In this document: in pieces, positions 31,323 through 39,919 of the stretch | Layout: each line of letters opens with the position of its first letter | Position numbering within the stretch: position 1 is the stretch's first letter | Assembly (NCBI GenBank): GCA_038886535.1 | Contig: JAVZXS010000002.1 | Span: 160,001-224,000 of the forward strand | Origin: Candidatus Micrarchaeia archaeon | GTDB lineage: Archaea; Micrarchaeota; Micrarchaeia; CABMEP01 | Length of the DNA stretch: 64,000 bases | Direction of reading: 5' to 3' | Position numbers and translations under genes: made by a program | The notes under the pieces: model-generated | Databases searched by the model: none | The model's input: only the letters and a program-made list of their open reading frames with translations | Told to the model about the DNA's origin: nothing

Positions 31323-31934
31323 TTATTTTTTCTTTCCTTTTTCGGTTTTCTTCTCTTTCTCTTCTTCTTTTTCTACTTTCTTTGCTTTCTTTCCTTTTTC
31401 TTCTTCATATAACCAAGTTAAATTTCCTAATCCATCTCCCTTCATTGTCATTGCAATTTTAGTTTCCGGAATTGTCGGTTTCATACTTACAGATACTATC
31501 TTTGCTCTTACTATATCTCCTTTCTTTACAGTATGTTTGCTTCCTTTTAGAAGCAAGCTTCCTGTTTTTTTATCAAATGTTATGAAATCATTTGCGATTT
31601 GAGATAAGTGAACAAGTCCATCGAATGGACCTATATTTATAAATATTCCAAAATCCATTACTTCTGTTACCTCTCCATTAACAATTTCATGTGTCTCCGG
31701 TATATATACAAGTACGTTATACTTGACATCGTAGTATGCTGCTCCATCACCCAATACAACCTTTCCTCCTTTTATGTCATGTATATTCCATATTTTCAAT
31801 ACAACTCCGTTTTCTAGGTCAACCTTTCTTTCATATTTGTCTTGTAATATTCTCAATATGGAATCATTAAGTTCCATTGTAAAATAAGAAGGAGGTACTC
31901 TGATTGTATCAGAAATCGTTATAACTTTGTACAT
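31323..31934 (-). CDS. rpo7: RNA polymerase subunit E' (Rpo7)
   Basis: IRVPP, GDGAAY, GPFDGLVHLSQI (S1 domain), GLG..W. Confidence 0.96.
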   Translation of the reverse strand: MYKVITISDTIRVPPSYFTMELNDSILRILQDKYERKVDLENGVVLKIWNIHDIKGGKVVLGDGAAYYDVKYNVLVYIPETHEIVNGEVTEVMDFGIFINIGPFDGLVHLSQIANDFITFDKKTGSLLLKGSKHTVKKGDIVRAKIVSVSMKPTIPETKIAMTMKGDGLGNLTWLYEEEKGKKAKKVEKEEEKEKKTEKGKKK

Positions 31935-32091
31935 AAGATCAAACCTCGCGATTCAAATCAACATTTTATATTTGGCAAAATCCAATAGGACATTGCCATA
32001 TAATTAATGTAATATCTAATTATCCACTTATAATCGCTTAGAATATATTAGATACTATATATTAATTCAGAAAATTTTAAATTGTATTGAT

Positions 32092-32511
32092 TTAGTCTCT
32101 AAGCATTATAATTTGCGCGCCTAACCTTTTTAAATATTGCTTGAGTTTTTTATCGTATGTTACTATAGAGAGTTTTTGTTTCTTTGCTATTTTTATGAAC
32201 CATCTATCTAAAGGAGGATCAGCTTTTTCGACATTTATCTTCCCATCCTTTTCCCATTTTTGGATTATTTTTAGTGCTATAGTTGCATTTCTTTTTTCAG
32301 ATAAACTACTTTTCTTTGAGTTGATAATTTTTTCTAATTCATCATAGATTCCAGAGGGAACTACTACAATGGATTTTATTCCTCTAATTTTTTTATGGAG
32401 CGTTTCTAAGATGTCAATCTTCTTTTGTATAGAATAGATAATCGCATTGGTATCAAAAGTTAATATTTGTTTTTCTTTGTTTGTTTCTATCTCTTTCTTT
32501 TCCTGTCTCAT
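32092..32511 (-). CDS. PIN-domain protein
   Basis: FDTNA, ELEKI, VTYDKKL; usual neighbour of rpoE'. Confidence 0.82.
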   Translation of the reverse strand: MRQEKKEIETNKEKQILTFDTNAIIYSIQKKIDILETLHKKIRGIKSIVVVPSGIYDELEKIINSKKSSLSEKRNATIALKIIQKWEKDGKINVEKADPPLDRWFIKIAKKQKLSIVTYDKKLKQYLKRLGAQIIMLRD

Positions 32512-32515
32512 TTGA

Positions 32516-35119
32516 TCACTGCTTTGTTCTTAGTAGATGTTTTTTAGCTTCAAATATTATTGTAATAATTACAATAAGAGGAACAATATGTATCCATTGC
32601 ATCAGAGTAAGAGGTTTAAGTTCAAATAAAGGCGCCAAGAATGGTATGTAAAATGCAGCAAATAGAATTAGAAATGTTAAACAAATAGAGAGAATAGTAT
32701 CCGAAGAAATATGTTTCCATGACTTAAGTAAGCTATCTTTTATTGATATTGAGTTTATAGATATTGTTAATACAGTTATAGATAATACTGCTATTGCTAA
32801 TGTTCGACTATATCCTTCAAATATTGGGATCAATGTTAAATACCCAAAGTATATAGATGCAACAAGTGCAATTAAGAGCATCGCAAGGTATTCACTTGTT
32901 TCAGGGAATTTTTTCGATGTTTTAATTGCCAATGATTTTTCATATAATCTTTCCTTTGAGAAATTCGTTGCAATTGCAACATCCGCAATTAAATTTATAA
33001 GTAGTATCTGGGTTGCAGTCATCATGTCTCCTGTAAATATTATTGCGCTTACCATAACAGTAAAAAATATTGCCATATCTGATGCTGATAAAGCATAAAA
33101 AGTTCTTTCTATGTTTCTTCTCATATCTCTTGATTCCTCTATTAAATCTACTATACTTTCATATCTGTCGTTCTTTATTATTCCATCTGCATTATTTTTT
33201 ATTATACCTGGAGCACTTTCAACTGCGAGAGATAAATTTGTGTACAATAATGGACTGTAGTCTGTTCCTATTGATTCGATGTATGTGACATGATGCCCTT
33301 CTTTTTTAAACGTATCTAATATCATTGCCTCGTATTCTTCTGTAGATTCTGAGAAAACAACTGATTCAAGTATTCTTTTTGTCCTTTCTTCAGCTCTCAT
33401 ATATTTTAGTTCTTCACATATAACAGCTTTGTCTTTTTCAGTCATTATTCCAATTTCTCTTGCAAAGCTTACTGCTTCTCCACTTTTTACTTTAGTTATT
33501 ATAATTGGCTTTATTCCGGCTTCCTTAAGTTCTTGTACTGTTTTTTTGACTTCCTGCTTTGGTGGGTCATATATACCTAATAGAGAAAGGAATGTGAAAT
33601 ATTTTGGTTCTTCTTTTTTCCAGGCAAATGCAATTGCGTATGGGGTTTGTCCATTTGCGGTCATTTTAATCTCTTGAGCTTCTATTTCTTCTTTAATTTT
33701 TTCATCAATCTTTAGGAATTTTCCATTTGAGTAAAGTGATTTGCATCTTTCTTTTACTTTTTCAGAGGGACCAAACATAACAAATGCAAATCTGTTTCTT
33801 TTCTTTATCTTAACAATTTTTACATCTTCTGTTTCTTTTCTTTCAAGCATCACCCATTCTCCTCTTACATTTGTTATTGGGATTCTATTTTTCATTGCCA
33901 TTACTACCAGTGCGCCTTCGATTGGATCTCCATCAAGATATGGTATATTATCTTTATATTCTAATGTTGCTTCTGTAGCAGCTGCAGCCATTTCTGTCAT
34001 CATATCTATAGTTGCATAATTTCTTGTTCCTTTGAAAATACCAAGAACATCCCATCCATCTCCAGTTACCTGTACTTCTTTTCTATCTATCCATATTCTT
34101 CTTACTGTAGGTTCATTTCTTGTTAGAGATTTTAACATTTCTGTAGCTACAATTGTAGTCTTGCCAATTTTATCCGCTGCACCTTCTCTTCTAAGCACAA
34201 CGAATTTAGACATCCTTTCTATTGTCGATGCATATATGTAAGTTGCAACACTAAAAATAGTGTCAGGGATTGCAGCCACTGCAGCGGCGGCAGCAATTAC
34301 AATTGCATTAAATAAAGGCATTCCGTCTGCAACTAGTTGAAATACTATAATAAGAGAAGCGAGATATACTACATTTCCAAAAGAATCAGTGGCCTTCTTT
34401 ACTCTACTTATAGAATCGTTTTTCTTTGGATCTGTTGATAAAATGTTTTTAATCCCAAAAACAGTAAAGTATTTTGTATTCTTTCCTGTAGCTGTGACTG
34501 TTATTGTACATTCTCCTTTTTTAACAAATGTTCCTGCATAAACAGAAGATGGATCTGATTTATATGGTTTGAATGTTTTTTCTACCTCCATTTCCGGTAC
34601 TTTTTCCACGATTCCTCTTTGGAATATATTTTCATCAACCAAGCAGTTTTTAGATTTAATAACTATTCCATCTGCAGGAATAAGCATTCCTTCTTCGAGT
34701 ATTAATATGTCACCTGGAACAACTTCTTCTATATCAAGTCTAACTATCTTTCCATTTCTATATGCTTTTACATATCCATAAAATTCTTTAAGATTTTTTA
34801 TTATTTTTTCTTCACTTTCTCTGTTTCTTATCCAATTTATGACCACCGTTAGCAAGATTATTGATATTATGAATATACTATGGACAATATCTACGGTAGC
34901 AAGAAAGATAGCTGCAAGAATTAAAATAATAATAGGATAGCTAAACTGTGAAATAAGGAGTTCCAATTCACTTGTTTTTACATATTGATAAATAACGTTT
35001 TTTCCATGTCTTTTAAGTCGTTCATTCGCTTCTTCTGTTGTCAATCCAATTGGTAGATTTTTAATTTCCTTACTAGTTTTTTCTTTTTTTTCATTTATTT
35101 CTTTTTGTCTCTCCACCAT
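32516..35119 (-). CDS. P-type (type II-like) cation ATPase homologue with degenerate catalytic motifs
   Basis: GLTTEEA..GKN, VVPGD..IPADG, TGKNT, GDPIEGAL, DPPK, QILLINL retained; DKTGT, TGES, TGD and GDGVND not recognisable. Confidence 0.88.
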   Translation of the reverse strand: MVERQKEINEKKEKTSKEIKNLPIGLTTEEANERLKRHGKNVIYQYVKTSELELLISQFSYPIIILILAAIFLATVDIVHSIFIISIILLTVVINWIRNRESEEKIIKNLKEFYGYVKAYRNGKIVRLDIEEVVPGDILILEEGMLIPADGIVIKSKNCLVDENIFQRGIVEKVPEMEVEKTFKPYKSDPSSVYAGTFVKKGECTITVTATGKNTKYFTVFGIKNILSTDPKKNDSISRVKKATDSFGNVVYLASLIIVFQLVADGMPLFNAIVIAAAAAVAAIPDTIFSVATYIYASTIERMSKFVVLRREGAADKIGKTTIVATEMLKSLTRNEPTVRRIWIDRKEVQVTGDGWDVLGIFKGTRNYATIDMMTEMAAAATEATLEYKDNIPYLDGDPIEGALVVMAMKNRIPITNVRGEWVMLERKETEDVKIVKIKKRNRFAFVMFGPSEKVKERCKSLYSNGKFLKIDEKIKEEIEAQEIKMTANGQTPYAIAFAWKKEEPKYFTFLSLLGIYDPPKQEVKKTVQELKEAGIKPIIITKVKSGEAVSFAREIGIMTEKDKAVICEELKYMRAEERTKRILESVVFSESTEEYEAMILDTFKKEGHHVTYIESIGTDYSPLLYTNLSLAVESAPGIIKNNADGIIKNDRYESIVDLIEESRDMRRNIERTFYALSASDMAIFFTVMVSAIIFTGDMMTATQILLINLIADVAIATNFSKERLYEKSLAIKTSKKFPETSEYLAMLLIALVASIYFGYLTLIPIFEGYSRTLAIAVLSITVLTISINSISIKDSLLKSWKHISSDTILSICLTFLILFAAFYIPFLAPLFELKPLTLMQWIHIVPLIVIITIIFEAKKHLLRTKQ

Positions 35120-35141
35120 ATGGATCAGCTATGTAAAAGCT

Positions 35142-36368
35142 TTATTGCTTTACAATTATTCTTTCTCCTACGCTGCTTATTCTCTCAAGTTTTATGGGTA
35201 TCTTTGTTCCTACAGGAGTCTGTGCTATTGCAGTTCCTGCTTTTTTATCTATACCTATTACTTTTCCAATATATGCACCTATTTCGGTTATTATCTCCTT
35301 TCCTTCTAATCTTATCTTCGCTGCGACTCTTATCTTTAAAGTTCTAGCGAATTCGGTTGCAAGTAATGTTACTATTATAGAGAGAATTATGGCAATTAAA
35401 AATTCATAGAACCATGCCTCTCCTACTATCCAAGAGAGAGCAAGATATGATAAGAAAGAGACAATTATTCCATTGAATGAATATAATCCACTGTCTATAA
35501 GTTCAAACAAACTTCCTTTTGGATATAGTTCAATCACTCTTCCAACCATTATTAAAATTATTATGAATACTGCAAAGGGCCACAGTATAGGTCTTAATCC
35601 AAAGGATAGAGATTCAAAAAAGCTATAACTATTTAAGCTTGCATTAATAAATTCGTTCACACCTATCGAGATAGATATCAGGGCCAATGCAACTATAGGT
35701 ACATAAACAACAAGTGTAGTTCTTGTAGAGGATGAGAATAGATTTCTCACTGTATTTATTATAAAATCCTCTATTCCAAATCCTTTGAGTAGGAGATATA
35801 GACCAACAATACCAACTATAGGTCTCCATCCATATCCAAGCATATCACTAATAAGAAAAGATATCAATATTAAAGCAGGAACTCCGAAGAAAAGTTTTGC
35901 ATAATACGGCTCTTTGAGCTTACTTAAAAGAGTAACGTATGTTTTTTCAAGCTCTTTTGCCTGTTTCATAACTACAGTTCTTTTTGAGTCAAGTTTTACT
36001 CTTGAAGAGATTAAAGGAAGTAGTTCTTCGTCATCAGCTCCGTCAGTTACAAAAATACATGATGTTGCATGAAATTGTTGAAGAATAGATTCTAGTTGTG
36101 TAACTATTTTCTTATCTGCATAATACCCTAATCGACTATCTCCAGTAATGGTCACAACTTCTGCTTTTTTAGTTTTTATTATTTCATCATAGATTTTTAC
36201 TGCCTGAAACATTGCATTTGCATCTGTATCTTCTGGATCACTTAAAAGAAGACTTGTTGCAGCATGTATATTTGCTTGTCTTCCTATCACTGGACCAGTT
36301 ATTTGCGCTTTTTTACCTAAATCATCGTCACGGTCTATACACAATATAAGTATATTCTCTTTTGTCAT
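35142..36368 (-). CDS. DUF373 membrane protein with C-terminal PRC-barrel-like extension
   Basis: LCIDRDDDLG, DPEDTDAN, VTDGADDE, VVMKQ; TM block; C-terminal GKEIITEIGAYIGKV..VGERIIV. Confidence 0.85.
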   Translation of the reverse strand: MTKENILILCIDRDDDLGKKAQITGPVIGRQANIHAATSLLLSDPEDTDANAMFQAVKIYDEIIKTKKAEVVTITGDSRLGYYADKKIVTQLESILQQFHATSCIFVTDGADDEELLPLISSRVKLDSKRTVVMKQAKELEKTYVTLLSKLKEPYYAKLFFGVPALILISFLISDMLGYGWRPIVGIVGLYLLLKGFGIEDFIINTVRNLFSSSTRTTLVVYVPIVALALISISIGVNEFINASLNSYSFFESLSFGLRPILWPFAVFIIILIMVGRVIELYPKGSLFELIDSGLYSFNGIIVSFLSYLALSWIVGEAWFYEFLIAIILSIIVTLLATEFARTLKIRVAAKIRLEGKEIITEIGAYIGKVIGIDKKAGTAIAQTPVGTKIPIKLERISSVGERIIVKQ

Positions 36369-36524
36369 TGAAGCACCATTTAATTTTTTCTTTTTTTCTA
36401 TGAATAAATGTTATTAAATATTTATAAATTCTATTATTGTATATAATATAGTCTTGTGTTATTATAAATCTAAGATCTATTTTAATTGATTAAAATTTGA
36501 AATTTAATTTTAAAGTGGGTAGCT

Positions 36525-37232
36525 ATGGAAAACGATGAAGAGATTATAGCTGTTCCTGGAGATATACTCGGAACGGAAGAGGAATTCTTTCCTGGAGAGG
36601 GAACGTATACAGATAAAGAAGGTAATATTCGTGCATTAAATGCAGGATTTGTTGAAATAAGCAAGGATAGAAAAATATCTGTTTTTTCAGATAGACAACC
36701 CGAAAAACTTAAACCAGGTGATGTAGTTTATGGAAGAGTAGAAGAAATGTTTGAATCCGTTGCATTCCTTACTATCGAACATCCAAATTCCGCAAGTATA
36801 GAACGAATTGATAGGATGTCAGCAGTTATTCCAATTTCAGAAATAAAGGAAGGATATGTTAAATCAATACGAGATGCAATTCATGTTGGTGATATTGTTA
36901 TAGGTGCAGTCAAAGAAGTTACCCCGTTAAGAATAGTTGTTACTCTTAAGCCAAAGGGAATGGGCGTGGTGATGGCGTATTGTAGTTATGATCGAAAGCC
37001 TATGTTATTGAAAGGAAGGTATCTTATATGTAGTAAATGTGGACAAAAAGAGGAACGTCTTATTGCAGATAACTACGGAAAATTTGAATATATAGAATCT
37101 GCCCAAATAGTTCCGGAAAGAAAAGATAGATTTCAGAAAGCAAGAATAGTAAAGGGAAGACTTTCTGTAAGAAGGAAATACAGACATTTTCAGGAAAAAT
37201 TTCAATTTAAGCAAAGAAGATCAAGATTCTAA
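36525..37232 (+). CDS. csl4: Exosome RNA-binding cap subunit Csl4
   Basis: PGDILGTEEEFFPGEGTY, S1 domain, GVVMAYC..CSKCG..ER; precedes rpo11. Confidence 0.93.
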   Translation: MENDEEIIAVPGDILGTEEEFFPGEGTYTDKEGNIRALNAGFVEISKDRKISVFSDRQPEKLKPGDVVYGRVEEMFESVAFLTIEHPNSASIERIDRMSAVIPISEIKEGYVKSIRDAIHVGDIVIGAVKEVTPLRIVVTLKPKGMGVVMAYCSYDRKPMLLKGRYLICSKCGQKEERLIADNYGKFEYIESAQIVPERKDRFQKARIVKGRLSVRRKYRHFQEKFQFKQRRSRF

Positions 37233-37297
37233 TAGTCTTAGTATTTTAAAGCTTTGTCTACAATAGCTTTAATATTGTGTACTAATGAGGTGTTCAA

Positions 37298-37561
37298 ATG
37301 TCTGAATTAAAGGTTAATAAAATAGATAAAAATCATGTAGAGATTCATTTTTTTGGTGAGGATATTGCATTTGTTCATGCGCTTAGAGAATTTGTTATCG
37401 AAAACGATGATGTTGAGTTTGCGGCAGTTAAGCAGGAGCACATAGAAGTTGGAGAACCTATTCTTGTTGTGAAAACAAAGAAAGGAAATCCAATTCCTAT
37501 AGTTGCAAAAGCTGCTGCAAAGCTTGCAAAGACAGCTGAAGATCTCTCAAAGTCAATCTAA
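37298..37561 (+). CDS. rpo11: RNA polymerase subunit L (Rpo11)
   Basis: GED..HALRE..DVEFAA..H pattern, 87 aa; csl4-rpoL synteny. Confidence 0.88.
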   Translation: MSELKVNKIDKNHVEIHFFGEDIAFVHALREFVIENDDVEFAAVKQEHIEVGEPILVVKTKKGNPIPIVAKAAAKLAKTAEDLSKSI

Positions 37562-37590
37562 TAAAATAATATATGGAATTCTCTGATTAG

Positions 37591-38181
37591 ATGTCACAAC
37601 TAATCTGCAAAGAAAGTATAAAAATAGATAAAAATATCCGAATTCTTGCAGTGGATGATACCCCTAGGATTAATTCTTCTTCTTTTCTTATAGGGATAGT
37701 TTATAGGAATGGAATTGTAGAGGGAGCTGTCAGTACTAAAATAACATACGATGGGGAGGACAGTACTGAACAAATAATAAAGATGATAAAGAGATCTCGT
37801 TTTTCAAATCAGATAAAATTAATTCTCCTAAATAGCATTACAATGGGAGGGCTGAACATAATAGATATTTCTAAATTGTCTGCCTCTCTTTCAATACCTG
37901 TAATTGCAATCACTCGTCATCTGCCAAGAGTTTCTGAACTGGAAAAAGCAGTTAGTAAACTTGATATTTCTAAAGAGGAAAAAGAAAGAAAACTTAATGC
38001 AATTAAGAATGCTGGGGAACCGTTCAAAATCAAAACAAAGCCGATACTTTATGCTCAAGCAGCAGGCATAGACAGGTTTAAGGCAATAGAAGCAATCAAA
38101 AATATAGGCATAGAACCTTTGAGATTATCGCATATAATAGCTTCTGCACTTGTTTTAGGCGAATCAAAGGGAAGATTCTAA
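37591..38181 (+). CDS. DUF99 family (endonuclease dU-like)
   Basis: ILAVDD, DGEDST, GGLNIIDI, EPLRLSHIIAS, GESKGR. Confidence 0.88.
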   Translation: MSQLICKESIKIDKNIRILAVDDTPRINSSSFLIGIVYRNGIVEGAVSTKITYDGEDSTEQIIKMIKRSRFSNQIKLILLNSITMGGLNIIDISKLSASLSIPVIAITRHLPRVSELEKAVSKLDISKEEKERKLNAIKNAGEPFKIKTKPILYAQAAGIDRFKAIEAIKNIGIEPLRLSHIIASALVLGESKGRF

Positions 38182-38430
38182 TTAATTTTAATTTTGCAAT
38201 ATTGTTTCTAAAGTAATGCTACCCCGATATAAGTAGAGCGAATAAATCTTATTTTTTGGTTTGGATCTAGATCTAATATCTTTTTTATCTTATTTTCTGT
38301 CACATATTTTTATCTTCCTTTATATTGCATCTCTTTTATACTTCATACTTTATTGCATAATTTTTATTTTCAGTTATATTTATCTATTTTTTTATCTATA
38401 ATTATTTATCAGCAACTAATGGGTCATAAT

Positions 38431-38607
38431 GGGCCAGTAGCTCAGAGGTAGAGCGCTTCGTTCGCATAAACTTTCTTAGAAAGAAAGTTTAATCAAAGAA
38501 ACTCTTTTAAGAAAAGAGTTTCATTAGAAAATTATGGATTAAGCTTTCATATTAAAAGAAAGTTTCGGAAAACGAAGAGGCCGCGAGTTCGAATCTCGCC
38601 TGGTCCA
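38431..38607 (+). tRNA. tRNA-Ala(CGC) with 105-nt intron at 37/38 (intron 38467-38571)
   Basis: GGGCCAG/CTGGTCC acceptor with G3:U70, anticodon stem CTTCG/CGAAG, T arm GCGAG-TTCGAAT-CTCGC; BHB central helix TTCG/CGGA with 3-nt bulges. Confidence 0.95.
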
Positions 38608-38654
38608 TGATTAGTATGATCCATAATTAGTAAAAATCAATTAAAGAGGTTAAT

Positions 38655-39893
38655 ATGAAAAAAGCTGAAGGAAAAAAGAATATTAAAAGTAATGTCTTTT
38701 GGCTTGGGATTGTAAGCCTTCTTGCAGATGCTTCTTCAGAAATGATTGCTCCAGTTATGCCATTATTTCTTTCTACTGTTCTTGGGGCAAGCGGATTTAT
38801 GATAGGATTGATTGAAGGAATTGCAAAATCTGCTGAGAGGCTGCTCTCATTTGTTTTTGGATGGTATTCTGATAAGATTGGAAAAAGAAAACCTGTGATT
38901 GCGTTTGGTTACTTTCTTTCATCAATTATGAAGGGAGCATTCGCATTTACAACTGTCTGGACTGAATTTTTGTTTGCAAGAGTTATTGAAAGAACAGGAA
39001 AGGCAATTAGAGATGCACCAAGAGATGCATTGCTTGCTTCTTCAACTGGAGATTCACTTGAGGAGAGAAGAAAGGGATTTGCGCTGCATAGAATGTTAGA
39101 TACGCTTGGTGCAATAATAGGTCCTCTAATAGCGCTTCTTTTTGTAGCCTCTCTAACGCTGGATTTCGAAAGCACTGTAAGGAATCTTTTCATTCTATCA
39201 CTCATCCCAGGTCTTCTTGGGGTCTTAATAGTATTGATCTTTGTAAAGGATGTTGAGCTCAAAAAATCAGAAAGAACAAAAAAACCAATCTCAAAATCAT
39301 TTTCTATAGAATACGGAAATAGTTATAAGCAATTTCTGTTTTCCTTAGTTCCATTTTTCCTTTTTACTCCTCCACTTGCATTCATATATTTACAAGCTAG
39401 CGAATTCGGCCTTGTTCTATCTGGGGTTATAACACTTGGCTTTTTGTATTCCGTATTTTATATCTTAGGTGCGAATCTAATTAATTTTATATCAGATAAA
39501 TTCGAGATAAAAATAGGAAAGAAGCAGGGAATTGAAATTTCACTTTTGTTTGTAATGCTTTCATTCCTATCAGTTTTTCTTGTCCATTATTTGCAATTAG
39601 ATCAGGGGAATGCTCTTACGTTTATTGTTTTGATCTTAGCATTGGTTCTTTATGGAATAGGAATGGGAATGTTTGAAGTGGAATCTAAGTCCTATATATC
39701 TCTTCTTGTAGATAAAAAAGATATGGGCGGAGCATTTGGAGCTTACCAAACAATAAGTGGAATTATGATAATCTTTTCAGGTTTGGTATTTGGATTCATT
39801 TGGGATTTTTCACCGGGATTTGCATTCTTAATAGCAAGCATCGCTTCGCTTCTTTCATTAATTATCTTCAGACATTTTATTAATTTCAGTTAA
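38655..39893 (+). CDS. MFS transporter
   Basis: About 12 TM segments; GWYSDKIGKRK motif A; ERTGKAIRDAPRDAL. Confidence 0.92.
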   Translation: MKKAEGKKNIKSNVFWLGIVSLLADASSEMIAPVMPLFLSTVLGASGFMIGLIEGIAKSAERLLSFVFGWYSDKIGKRKPVIAFGYFLSSIMKGAFAFTTVWTEFLFARVIERTGKAIRDAPRDALLASSTGDSLEERRKGFALHRMLDTLGAIIGPLIALLFVASLTLDFESTVRNLFILSLIPGLLGVLIVLIFVKDVELKKSERTKKPISKSFSIEYGNSYKQFLFSLVPFFLFTPPLAFIYLQASEFGLVLSGVITLGFLYSVFYILGANLINFISDKFEIKIGKKQGIEISLLFVMLSFLSVFLVHYLQLDQGNALTFIVLILALVLYGIGMGMFEVESKSYISLLVDKKDMGGAFGAYQTISGIMIIFSGLVFGFIWDFSPGFAFLIASIASLLSLIIFRHFINFS

Positions 39894-39919
39894 CTTATTT
39901 TTTATATCTTAATATAATC

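Noticed and set aside
26400..38280. Recurring AGATCT/GATCTAGATCT words in intergenic DNA (near 26420, 26803, 36473, 38263)
   Set aside because: Short, also frequent inside genes, and inconsistent in spacing; cannot be separated from chance without statistics
38467..38571. Intron repeats as a mini-CRISPR or intron-encoded C/D RNA
   Set aside because: Units abut without unique spacers, no cas genes are present, and no RTGATGA/CTGA boxes occur in the intron
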